Source: Leptonemataceae bacterium (GTDB lineage Bacteria > Spirochaetota > Leptospiria > Leptospirales > Leptonemataceae). Taken from it: a stretch of 64,000 bases of DNA. The stretch is from NCBI GenBank assembly GCA_965227295.1, contig OZ245742.1, forward strand, positions 1,792,001 through 1,856,000, written 5' to 3'. A program made the translations under genes and the position numbers. Below the pieces are notes generated by a model. That model had not been told where the DNA came from, made no database searches, and saw only the letters and a program-made list of their open reading frames with translations. Of this stretch, positions 1 to 8,893 are shown one piece after another (the first letter of the stretch is position 1; the number at the start of each line of letters is the position of its first letter).

Positions 1-306
1 ATTGCGCGCGCCGCCGAAGAAAGCGCGGACGTGCGTTTCGACGACGGCTCATCCCTTCCAGAACGCTTTCGACCGTTGCTGGAAGTCGTAATGAAGGGCG
101 GCAAGGTTTTGCGCCGCGACCGGGATCACGACATCGAGGAAGCCTCGGCTCATCGTGAGGTGTGCGTCATGGAGTTGCCGCGATCGTTGCACGCCATGCC
201 CGAAAGCGGCGAGCGCGCGCCGTTTCCGGTAAAGATCAGCGAGGTGCTGCAGGGATACACCCGGGACGTGCGCCGCGAAATCCTGGACGCCGCCGGAGAA
301 GAGTAA
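1..306 (+). CDS. C-terminal part of a probable nicotinate phosphoribosyltransferase (cut by the window edge)
   Basis: PLLEVVMKGGKVLR...IEEASAHR...LPRSLH...FPVKISEVL resembles the PncB C-terminal domain; stop at 304-306. Confidence 0.55.
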   Translation: MARAAEESADVRFDDGSSLPERFRPLLEVVMKGGKVLRRDRDHDIEEASAHREVCVMELPRSLHAMPESGERAPFPVKISEVLQGYTRDVRREILDAAGEE

Positions 307-324
307 GTAACGTGTGTTTCGGTT

Positions 325-597
325 GTTCGCAGACGGTCCGAATCGTGGTGTAAGTGGCGGTCAGTGTACATTAAGGCTTTTATGGTCACGGCTGGTTCCA
401 GCTGACGAGCGGAGGCCATGCCGGCGGGCGTGGTAAGGCGGACCGGAACGGCGTCGTCGCTTCGGAAAAACATCAAGCGAAGGCGCACTCCGGAGCCCCG
501 CTCTATCCGCGGGGCGGAGCGAGTGCGCCTTCGCGCCCGGCGTCGTCGGTGCAAAAAACGCTGGCGTAGCCGAAAAAATTCCTTAACCATTGCACAT
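325..597 (+). repeat. Dispersed modular intergenic repeat, locus 1
   Basis: Shares CCGAATCGTGGTGTAAGT...ATTAAG..TTTTATGG...CTGGTTCCAGCTGACG...GGTAAGGCGGACCGGAACGGCGTCGTCGC with 49375-50097, and a 30-bp identical hairpin core with 9128-9157. Confidence 0.92.
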
Positions 598-603
598 GGT
601 AAG

Positions 604-1905
604 TTAAGTTTCCAGTCCCAATCGCCGGAAGATGGCGTCCACGTGTCGCAGATACGGTGCGATCTGAAACACGTCGTCCAGCTCCTGCGCGGAGAGCACG
701 GCCTGTACGCGTTCATCGGCGGAGACGCGGTCCTTCAGGTTCAACTGCGGATCGTTCCAGACTTCCATGCTGTTCGACTGCACGACGGTGTAGGCGTCTT
801 CGCGTTCCATGCCGCCGTCGATGAGGCGCAGCAAGAGCTTCTGCGAAAACAGCAGGCCGCGCGTATGCCAGAGGACACGCTCCATGTTTTCCGGATACAC
901 GTGCAGGTTCTCGATGACGAAGATCATTTTACCCAGGATGTACTCGAGGGCGATGACACTGTCCGGTACGATGACGCGTTCGGTGGAGCTGTGTGAGATG
1001 TCCCGTTCGTGCCACAGCGGTTGATCGCGATAGGCCGCCTGGACGTTGGATTGGATGACCCGGGCGAGGCCGCAGACCCGCTCGCAGATCACGGGATTGC
1101 GTTTGTGCGGCATGGCCGAAGAGCCCTTCTGGCCTTTGACGAAGGGCTCTTCCACTTCGCGGCCCTCGCTCTTTTGTAGTAAGCGAATCTCCTGGGCCAT
1201 GCGTTCCAGGCCGCCGGCAATGACGCCCAGCACGCCCATGAAGTAGGCGTGGCGGTCCCGGTTCACGACCTGGGTGGTGATGGGATCCGCCGTCAGCCCC
1301 AGGCGGCGGCAGACCTCTTCTTCCAGGTCCGGATCGACGTTCGAGAACGTGCCCACGGCCCCGCTTAGCTTGCCGACGCTAATTTCTTGTTTCGCAAGTT
1401 TAAGGCGTTCCCGATCGCGCAGGAGCTCGGCGTAAAAGTTCGCCAGCTTCAGGCCCAGGGTCGTGGGTTCACCGTGGATGCCGTGGGTGCGGCCGATCAT
1501 GACCTGGTCTTTGTAACGCAGGGCTTGCTGTTTCGTAACGGTGATGAGTTGTTCGAGGCGTTCTTCCAGAATTTCGGCGGAGCGCTTCATTTGCATGCAC
1601 AGGGCCGTATCGCCGACATCGGAGCTGGTGAGCCCGTAATGGACCCAGCGGCCGGCCGGGCCGACGTTCTCGCGCACGTTAGTGAGAAAGGCGATGACGT
1701 CGTGATGTACCTCGGCTTCAATTTCGAGGATGCGGTCGAGTTGGAAGTCGGCGTTGTTTCTGATGGCCGCGAGGTCTTCGTCGGAAATTACGCCGCGGCT
1801 GTTCCAGGCTTCGCAGACGGCGATCTCCACTTCCAGCCAGGTGCGGAACTTGTTTTCCAGTTCCCAGACACCGGCAATCTCAGGGTTCGAATAACGAGGG
1901 ATCAT
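604..1905 (-). CDS. purB: Adenylosuccinate lyase
   Basis: MIPRYS start, HDVIAF, GRTHGIH, GSSAMPHKRNP lyase signature. Confidence 0.97.
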   Translation of the reverse strand: MIPRYSNPEIAGVWELENKFRTWLEVEIAVCEAWNSRGVISDEDLAAIRNNADFQLDRILEIEAEVHHDVIAFLTNVRENVGPAGRWVHYGLTSSDVGDTALCMQMKRSAEILEERLEQLITVTKQQALRYKDQVMIGRTHGIHGEPTTLGLKLANFYAELLRDRERLKLAKQEISVGKLSGAVGTFSNVDPDLEEEVCRRLGLTADPITTQVVNRDRHAYFMGVLGVIAGGLERMAQEIRLLQKSEGREVEEPFVKGQKGSSAMPHKRNPVICERVCGLARVIQSNVQAAYRDQPLWHERDISHSSTERVIVPDSVIALEYILGKMIFVIENLHVYPENMERVLWHTRGLLFSQKLLLRLIDGGMEREDAYTVVQSNSMEVWNDPQLNLKDRVSADERVQAVLSAQELDDVFQIAPYLRHVDAIFRRLGLET

Positions 1906-1984
1906 AGGTCGGATAGATTTACGCGCGAGAGCCCCGCGTCAAGCCATGTGCCGCCCTGGGTCACGCGGAACTCAAATCCCGTCG

Positions 1985-2138
1985 CGGACGCAGCGAACGA
2001 AGAACTCGTTTATTCGAAAACCGTAACCACCACGATGCGCAGCGCGTCGTATGCTTCACGCAGGCGTGCAATGCAGGCGGAGCCGTCCATGCCGGGCAGC
2101 CCCGGATCCACCGGCAGCAAACTCGCGCCGCGGTCAAT
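1985..2138 (-). pseudogene. Eroded response-regulator receiver-domain fragment
   Basis: Minus-strand translation VDPGLPGMDGSACIARLREAYDALRIVVVTVFE* followed by KRVLRSLR in a shifted frame. Confidence 0.6.
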
Positions 2139-2231
2139 AGGCCATGTCGCCCTATGTTACACCAGACTCACATGAGACCGGGCGCCGTTTTTTCTCTGGC
2201 GCTCGCAGCAGCAGGTATCCGTATGTTATTT

Positions 2232-3098
2232 ATGAAGAGAATGATCCGAGTGGCTCTGGTCCTCGTGCTGCTCGGCGGCACATCCAGTGCCTGTCTGGCC
2301 GATATTCGCCCGGACATACTAAAAGAGCGTACGTCTGCGGAAAATTCCGAAACCGCCCGGCGTCTGCTCATGGCCGCGGCGAGCCGTCAGGGCAGCCGGG
2401 AGGCCTGGCTTTCCCAGTCCGCGGTGCGCGTCCTCGTTACGGATGAGTGGGAGCCCCTGCCCAACGCCGTGGCGAATTCCTGGCCGAAGAATCCCAGCAA
2501 CATGGAATTCATTTTCATTCCCGGCGCCGACGACAGTGTGCTTCATTTTCTGGATGAGAGCTTTGCGCCCACCGGCCTTACCTGGGGCATTCATGATTGG
2601 AACACCTGGAAGCGGGAAAAAGCGCAGGCCGAGCCCCACTACGTAAGTGATAGCAAGATTAAGTTTGCGCTGCCCACCATGCAATATTTCATCGAGCTGG
2701 CGCAACGACTGCCGGACGGCGAAATCGTCGACTACGCCGGCACCCGGAGCATCGCCGGCACCGAGTACGACGTCGTCTACGTCACCTGGGGTGACTATGC
2801 GGCGCAGCCGAACATCGACCAGTACGTCGCCTACATCGACAAGGGCGACGGCTTGGTAAAGATCGTGGATTTCACCGTGCGCGACAACGCCGGCTTCGTT
2901 ACGGCGGCGGCCGTATACAAGGATTTCCGCGAACTACCGAACGGAATGTCCCTGGCGCATCGGATCGACATCACGGACCTGGGCGACTACGATTCCCTCG
3001 TGCACCAGTACTCCCTGGTCGAGGTGGAGACGAACTACGATCTCCCCGCGAGCGAGTACAAACCGGACGCGGAGCGCGGCCCCGGTTCGAAGTACTGA
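2232..3098 (+). CDS. Hypothetical exported protein or lipoprotein
   Basis: MKRMIRVALVLVLLGGTSSAC signal/lipobox-like start; codon usage typical of neighbouring genes. Confidence 0.75.
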   Translation: MKRMIRVALVLVLLGGTSSACLADIRPDILKERTSAENSETARRLLMAAASRQGSREAWLSQSAVRVLVTDEWEPLPNAVANSWPKNPSNMEFIFIPGADDSVLHFLDESFAPTGLTWGIHDWNTWKREKAQAEPHYVSDSKIKFALPTMQYFIELAQRLPDGEIVDYAGTRSIAGTEYDVVYVTWGDYAAQPNIDQYVAYIDKGDGLVKIVDFTVRDNAGFVTAAAVYKDFRELPNGMSLAHRIDITDLGDYDSLVHQYSLVEVETNYDLPASEYKPDAERGPGSKY

Positions 3099-3120
3099 AC
3101 CGCAAACCATTACAGAAGAT

Positions 3121-3750
3121 ATGTTAATAAATCTTTCCGAACTATCCACGAATCAAATCTACTACACCATGATCCAGACCATCATCCCGCGCCCGGTGGC
3201 CTGGGTGATTTCGGACAACGGCGATGACAGCCTCAACCTCGCGCCCTTTTCGTACTTCAACGGCGTCTCCAGCAATCCGCCGCTGATCATGCTGTCCATC
3301 GGTAAGAAACCCGACGGCACGCGCAAAGACACCCTGGTGAACATCGACGAGCGTAACGATTTCGTGGTGCACATCGCCCATCGCGAAATGGCGGAGCCGG
3401 TCACCTTTTCGGCGGCATCGCTGGCCCACGGGGAATCCGAACTAACTCAGCTCGGCCTGGAAACCACCGGGATCCTGGACGACGCGGGCAACTCCGTATC
3501 CCGCCTGCCGCGATTGAAAGCTGCGCGGGTGGCCTTCGTCTGCGAAAAGGAGCGCGTCATGGAAATCGGCAACACGCCCCAGGGAGTAATCTTTGGTCAT
3601 GTGAAGTTTGTCTACGTGGACGATTCCGTGGGCACGAACGTGGACGGGCGGTTGAGCGTGGATCCGACGAAGGTGGATCCCCTGTCGCGCCTGGGCGGCC
3701 AGGACTTCGGTTTGTTCGGCGACGTGATCACCGTAAAACGACCGAAGTAA
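3121..3750 (+). CDS. Flavin reductase family protein
   Basis: IPRPVAWV, NLAPFSYFN, KDTLVNI, DPLSRLGG motifs. Confidence 0.9.
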   Translation: MLINLSELSTNQIYYTMIQTIIPRPVAWVISDNGDDSLNLAPFSYFNGVSSNPPLIMLSIGKKPDGTRKDTLVNIDERNDFVVHIAHREMAEPVTFSAASLAHGESELTQLGLETTGILDDAGNSVSRLPRLKAARVAFVCEKERVMEIGNTPQGVIFGHVKFVYVDDSVGTNVDGRLSVDPTKVDPLSRLGGQDFGLFGDVITVKRPK

Positions 3751-3751
3751 C

Positions 3752-5104
3752 ATGCCTTCAGCTAACATTAGCAGCACGGCCGACACACGGCTCTCCCGCG
3801 TCATCGGTGTGCCCGGCGCCGTGCTGCTGGGCCTCGGGTCCATCGTCGGCACCGGCGTTTTTGTCAGCACCGGCATTGCCGCGGGAGTCGCCGGGCCGGC
3901 CGTCGTTCTGGCCGTGATCGTCGGCGGCGTGCTCGCCACGGTCAACGGGCTCTCCAGCGCACAACTGGCGGCGGCGTATCCAATCAGCGGCGGCACGTAC
4001 GAGTACGCGCGCCGGGTCTTTCCTGAACGTGCGAATCTCGCGTTTACGGCCGGCATCGTGTTCTTGCTCGCGAAGTCGGCCTCGGCGGCGACGGCGTCGC
4101 TGGGGTTCGCCGGTTATTTGCTGCATCTCGCCGGTGTGCCCGGCGCCGCGGAGCGTGTGATCGTGGCGGTGCTCATTACGCTCACAGTCACGGCCGTGGT
4201 TGCCGCCGGTTTGCGTCGATCGAATCGCACGAATGCGGTGCTGCTTGGCGTGACGCTCATTGCGCTGACCGTGTTTGTGGTCGGCATGCTTCCCGCCGGG
4301 ATCAGGAACGGCACCGCGAACCTGACGCCCATGTGGGACAACGGCGACACCTGGACGAACCTGCGGGCGTTCTGTGAAGCGTCGGCGCTGATGTTCGTCG
4401 CGTACACCGGCTACGGCCGGGTGGCCACGCTCGGTGAAGAGATCCGCGATCCGGCAACTAACATTCCACGAGCAGTAGTTAGCACGTTGATCATTACGTC
4501 GCTGCTGTACACCTTCGTTACCGTCGCCGCGGTGGCTGCCGCCGGGGCCGCGGAGTTCGCCGCGTCTACCACGGGCAATGCCGCGCCGCTGGAGATCCTG
4601 GCGCGGCGCTTGGCTCCACCGGAATTCGCTCCGCTTACGGCCGGTATCATTGCGGTGGGTGCCGTAAGTGCTCTGGCCGGTGTGTTGTTGAACCTGGTGC
4701 TCGGTTTATCGCGAGTGTTGTTGGGCATGGCGCGGCGGGGTGACATGCCCGGTGCTCTCGCGCAACTCAGCGACGACTCCCGGGGCGAGGCTCAGCCCCA
4801 TCGTGCGGTGTGGGCCGTCGGTGTGTTCATAGCGGGTCTGACGCTGGCCGGCGACGTGAAACTTACCTGGTCCTTCAGCGCCTTCACCGTGCTGGTGTAC
4901 TACGCGATTACGAACCTGGCGGCGTTGTTTCTTCCGCAAGATGCGCGGCGGTATCCGCGTTTCGTGAGTGCTTTCGGTTTGATCGTTTGCCTGGGGTTGG
5001 CCGCCTTCGTGGACTGGCGCATGATGGCGGCCGGCGCGGGCGTACTGGTGGCGGCCCTTATGTTCCGTTCGGTGTTTGTTAGAGGCGGAGCATCTCCTCG
5101 ATGA
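3752..5104 (+). CDS. APC-family amino acid permease
   Basis: GSIVGTGVF, SGGTYEY, FVAYTGY...LGEEIRDP..NIPRA; multiple transmembrane segments. Confidence 0.92.
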   Translation: MPSANISSTADTRLSRVIGVPGAVLLGLGSIVGTGVFVSTGIAAGVAGPAVVLAVIVGGVLATVNGLSSAQLAAAYPISGGTYEYARRVFPERANLAFTAGIVFLLAKSASAATASLGFAGYLLHLAGVPGAAERVIVAVLITLTVTAVVAAGLRRSNRTNAVLLGVTLIALTVFVVGMLPAGIRNGTANLTPMWDNGDTWTNLRAFCEASALMFVAYTGYGRVATLGEEIRDPATNIPRAVVSTLIITSLLYTFVTVAAVAAAGAAEFAASTTGNAAPLEILARRLAPPEFAPLTAGIIAVGAVSALAGVLLNLVLGLSRVLLGMARRGDMPGALAQLSDDSRGEAQPHRAVWAVGVFIAGLTLAGDVKLTWSFSAFTVLVYYAITNLAALFLPQDARRYPRFVSAFGLIVCLGLAAFVDWRMMAAGAGVLVAALMFRSVFVRGGASPR

Positions 5105-6083
5105 TCGGGCCGTGGTCCTCGAAGAATTCCTCGGCATAGAGCGCCGTGTCGGCCAGATCGATCCACTCGCCTTTCGTTTGTTTGATTTCCCAGTGATCCG
5201 GCACGTCGAAGCGAAAGACGTGCGTTAAGCGCCGCCCGGCCAGGCTGCGCTTCGGATCGTCGAAGAAACGTTGCGCGCGGATCCAGTCGTCTTTGACGAT
5301 CATGCCGCCCTTCTCGAAGGCCGAACGAACCGCGGCGTGAACCAGGGTTTCGTCGGCGCGTACAAAAGAACCCGGTAGCGCACGCAGGCCGGCGCCCAGG
5401 TCCGTGTTCTTGCGTTTGATGGTGAGGACCTTGCCCGGCCGGGTAATGACGGCGTCCACGGTCACCTGCACCGGGGCGTGTTTGAGTTTCGCAATGCGCT
5501 CCTGTTCTTTTTCGATGTAGCGAAACTCGCGGACCAGGCGCTTGTGTTCGTCCGAGTGCAGCCAGTTTTTCGCCAGATAGTTTTTCACGCCGGGGGGCAG
5601 CGGTTCGGGAATCTCGCCGTCGGCGAACAGCGCCCGACGAACCGCCGTGCCGTCCACGCCGCCTTCCTGCTCGCCGGCATCGACGAACTTCCATTCCGGG
5701 AACAGCTTTAAGTAGTACGTGCTCTCGTCTTTATCGTGGCCGAAAAGCGTCACGGAGTCGCCGCGGTTCACGTGCCGGCTTAACTTCAGTTTCAGTTCTT
5801 TTAACCAGGCGTTGTCGTCGTAGGGATGATCCAGGACGGATTCCCAGACAATGCGCCCGCCGCTTTCCAGGGCGTCGTCAAAGAGGGCCGAGAGCATGGC
5901 CACACGATCGTGCACGCGCCAGGGATTCCGTACGGTAGGCGCGCAGGCCGCCGAGCCGATGACCACGATGGTGAGCTCGGCCTTCTGCATGGCCCGCCGG
6001 ATCAGCGCCTCATGGCCGCGGTGGAACGGCTGGAAGCGGCCGATGACCACGGTGACGTTTCGAGGAGGCGTCTTAGTTTTCAT
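5079..6083 (-). CDS. NadM-Nudix type bifunctional NMN adenylyltransferase; Nudix box degenerate
   Basis: IGRFQPFHRGH (HxGH), GHDKDESTYYLKLFPEW, C-terminal FFEDH; start assumed at MKTKT (6083). Confidence 0.9.
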   Translation of the reverse strand: MKTKTPPRNVTVVIGRFQPFHRGHEALIRRAMQKAELTIVVIGSAACAPTVRNPWRVHDRVAMLSALFDDALESGGRIVWESVLDHPYDDNAWLKELKLKLSRHVNRGDSVTLFGHDKDESTYYLKLFPEWKFVDAGEQEGGVDGTAVRRALFADGEIPEPLPPGVKNYLAKNWLHSDEHKRLVREFRYIEKEQERIAKLKHAPVQVTVDAVITRPGKVLTIKRKNTDLGAGLRALPGSFVRADETLVHAAVRSAFEKGGMIVKDDWIRAQRFFDDPKRSLAGRRLTHVFRFDVPDHWEIKQTKGEWIDLADTALYAEEFFEDHGPIIEEMLRL

Positions 6084-6096
6084 TGAGTGTACCTTT

Positions 6097-6133
6097 GAAA
6101 TGAAAGAACCCCGGAGCGACGGCCCCGGGGTTC
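6097..6133 (-). terminator. Terminator-like hairpin between the NAMPT and NMNAT genes
   Basis: Minus strand GAACCCCGG-N10-CCGGGGTTC followed by TTTCATTT. Confidence 0.55.
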
Positions 6134-6139
6134 GAAGAA

Positions 6140-7555
6140 TCAAACCGCAACAGCGATGCGGTGCCGTGCGCGTTTGCGGACGGCATCGAAATCGCGCGCG
6201 TAGTCGGGGAAATCATACGTGGCACGTTCCGCGTCTCCGCGATAGTAGGTCACCCAGCCGTCCGTATTCAGGCCGGCCCCGGGATCCCAGGCGGTTTTTT
6301 CTTTTTGCGTAACCGGCGTTTTCTGAACGTTACGCCACTCGCCGTCCACACGGACACCGTACATCTTCATGCTCCAGCTCATCGTGTCGCGGTTGAGCTT
6401 CTGCAGCAGGCCGCCGCCCATACCCACGACCAGGTTCTGCGGGCTGAAGCCGGCCTCGACCACGGCCCCGTACAACCGACGGATCTTGTCGTAGTCCATG
6501 CCGTCACCCTGAATGACGTTTACGCCGTCGAGGACCTTGTAGCCCTTTGCGTTCGTGTTTACGCCCCAGGTTTGTTCGAGACCGCGCAACGCGTAGAGCA
6601 CCATCTCCACGGGATCGCCGCTGTCCGGCCGGACCACGGGCGTGACGTTGTGTTTGCGGGCGAGCGCCTGGATTTCCGGATCGCCCCAGCCCTCGTCGAC
6701 CATGCGTTTGTAATCGTAGCTGTCGCTGACGAAGGCGAGCAGCGGATTCTCCGGACCGTAGGTTTCGAGCATGTGTTTGAGCGCCGCTTTCTCGGCGGCC
6801 AGGCCTTCGCCCCAGGCCGTCACGGTGCTGTGCTCCGCGGCCGGGATGCTCGCGGCCAGTTCGTCCGGCGCGGCGTTGTAGAGTTCCACGCCGCGACGCA
6901 CGCCTTCCATAGTATCTGTTCCGCGAAAGTTAATGAGATGCGCCAGGCCGCCGTTCGCGGCACTCAGTCCGCTGGTGGCACCGCGGGCGCCGAAGTCGTG
7001 CAGACGATAGTCCAGCGTCCAGTAGTCATCCGCCTCGACCGTATCCGCGTACAGATCTTCCAGAAACGCGCGCACGTTGCGGCTGTTCGTCGCCACGGTG
7101 CTCCCGTACCATACGTCGCGCTGTAGCGCCGTTTCGAGGAAACCCGGCAAGAACAGAAAGTCCGGGCGCAGGCACTCAACAATCAACAGCGGCTCGTTGT
7201 AGCGATCCGTGACGGTTCCCTCGGGAACGCCGTAGATGTTGATCGGATACTTATAGTTTTTCCCGTGCAGTTCGACGAGATTTTCGAACGGCGCAAAGGG
7301 AAACGGATACGGCGTGCCGCCGACGTTGAAGTGATCCCAGATGGCCCGGGCTTCTTGAATGTCGTCGCGGGTGAGCACGTTATCCAGGTAGTCGTGGATG
7401 AACGCGGTTACGCCGAAGAAGAGGAACTCCCGTAGTTCGGGAGCGATGGGTTTGCGCGGTGCCAGGTAGTATCGTGCGGCATCGGCATTCGGTGGGAAGA
7501 GACGGCTGTGGCTGCCCTTGTAGGCGTCCGTCGCCAACAAAAGATTCGGTTTCAT
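6140..7555 (-). CDS. nadV: Nicotinamide phosphoribosyltransferase (NAMPT)
   Basis: TDAYKGSH, LHDFGARG, SIPAAEHST, SDSYD, VVRPDSGDP, IQGDG, GMGGGLLQK.NRDT. Confidence 0.92.
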   Translation of the reverse strand: MKPNLLLATDAYKGSHSRLFPPNADAARYYLAPRKPIAPELREFLFFGVTAFIHDYLDNVLTRDDIQEARAIWDHFNVGGTPYPFPFAPFENLVELHGKNYKYPINIYGVPEGTVTDRYNEPLLIVECLRPDFLFLPGFLETALQRDVWYGSTVATNSRNVRAFLEDLYADTVEADDYWTLDYRLHDFGARGATSGLSAANGGLAHLINFRGTDTMEGVRRGVELYNAAPDELAASIPAAEHSTVTAWGEGLAAEKAALKHMLETYGPENPLLAFVSDSYDYKRMVDEGWGDPEIQALARKHNVTPVVRPDSGDPVEMVLYALRGLEQTWGVNTNAKGYKVLDGVNVIQGDGMDYDKIRRLYGAVVEAGFSPQNLVVGMGGGLLQKLNRDTMSWSMKMYGVRVDGEWRNVQKTPVTQKEKTAWDPGAGLNTDGWVTYYRGDAERATYDFPDYARDFDAVRKRARHRIAVAV

Positions 7556-7773
7556 GGGGTTACCCCTTTAACTAAGTTTGAGAGTTTCAGGCGGAACTCA
7601 CAACCGACCCGTGAGGGATCTACTGTTAAGATCGGAACACAGGCGCGCAGCGTCAAGGGATATGCGGGAAAAATTTACCGCCAACGCGCGCTTTAAGCAG
7701 TGCGCACTTTTTTGGGATGATAGAATATTTTTTTTGTACGCGGTGGATTAATTTTTCGCGAAGCTTCCAGGAA

Positions 7774-8766
7774 TCAGGTCCTCCGGGAGGACTCGCTCAC
7801 GTGTCTTTCGATTGCCAGCGCATCCACCGATCCCAATCCCGCCAGCGGCACGCGTACATCTTCGTCGTCGGACGTACGGATCATTAAGAGCGGCAGTCCG
7901 CCGTAGGCATCGAAGCTGTACGAAACGTTCTGAATCTCCGCGCGCGTAATCTCGCCCACGGCATACAACGCCCCGTCCTGCTCGCGCCGCCCGAAAGACA
8001 GCTCCTCGCGGCCGAGCAGTAACATGCGCTCCTTGAATGTTAACGAGAAAGCGGCATACACCAGAAAAGCGGCGAACAGAATGCCCGGCGTCCAGAAGTA
8101 GGGCGCCGTGGCTTCGAATTCCAGCAACGCCCCGGCCGCGATGGAGGCTATGCCCAGAAACAACAGCACGATCCAGGTCAGCGCGCGATTCGAAATGCGG
8201 TCGCGCCAGATCAACACCGTCTCGCCTTCGGATGTCCGCTCCGTTTTATACGAAGGCTCCGCAGAAACCGGCTCGGCCGGCCCCGCGTTTTCGTGCGCGA
8301 ACGCCTGCAAGCGTTCCGCCATGCCTTCGGCCAGGCCGCGCCGATTGCACTGAATCACGTCGAACAATGCGCCGTTTTTGCGCTTCAGCGCCACCATGAC
8401 CCGCCCGCGACCGCGAAAGCGCAGCGACGTCGTTTCGATCTCTGCGAAGGGAACCGCGGCGGCCGGCTCATTGTCCCCGGCGCGCACGTAAATGTTCACG
8501 CGCTTTTGCGCGGCATCGAAGACGATCTTTGCGGGGAGCAGACTCATCTGCACGCGATGCAACATGGCTCCGCCGGCGAACACCAGGCCGAGGCCTGTCA
8601 GACTGAGCGTGAGCGACAGACTGCGCTCGAAGTAGAGATGTGCCACCGGTCCGCCGGCAATCGCCGCGAGGGCGGAGGCGAGCAGGACGTAGAAGAACAG
8701 TGAGAGCGATCGATCGCGCGTGAAGATGATGTGTTCGTCGGTGTTGTGGTGTAAGCTGAAGGACAT
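7774..8766 (-). CDS. Hypothetical membrane protein
   Basis: 330-aa ORF with two pairs of hydrophobic helices, each followed by a soluble segment. Confidence 0.7.
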   Translation of the reverse strand: MSFSLHHNTDEHIIFTRDRSLSLFFYVLLASALAAIAGGPVAHLYFERSLSLTLSLTGLGLVFAGGAMLHRVQMSLLPAKIVFDAAQKRVNIYVRAGDNEPAAAVPFAEIETTSLRFRGRGRVMVALKRKNGALFDVIQCNRRGLAEGMAERLQAFAHENAGPAEPVSAEPSYKTERTSEGETVLIWRDRISNRALTWIVLLFLGIASIAAGALLEFEATAPYFWTPGILFAAFLVYAAFSLTFKERMLLLGREELSFGRREQDGALYAVGEITRAEIQNVSYSFDAYGGLPLLMIRTSDDEDVRVPLAGLGSVDALAIERHVSESSRRT

Positions 8767-8893
8767 GTGTAAGATGATGCCGCGCGGTGTTCAATACGTT
8801 ACGGATACAACCGCGCCGGGCTATGCAACGATGAGGGTATCGCAGAGTAAATGAGATTTCAGAAATTCGTGTCGATAATTTCGGATGCGCGCC

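Noticed and set aside
150-996. ORFs 150-716 and 418-996, and similar ORFs at 8821-9379 and 49460-50032
   Set aside because: They overlap the repeat family or purB antisense. Frames are not conserved between repeat copies.
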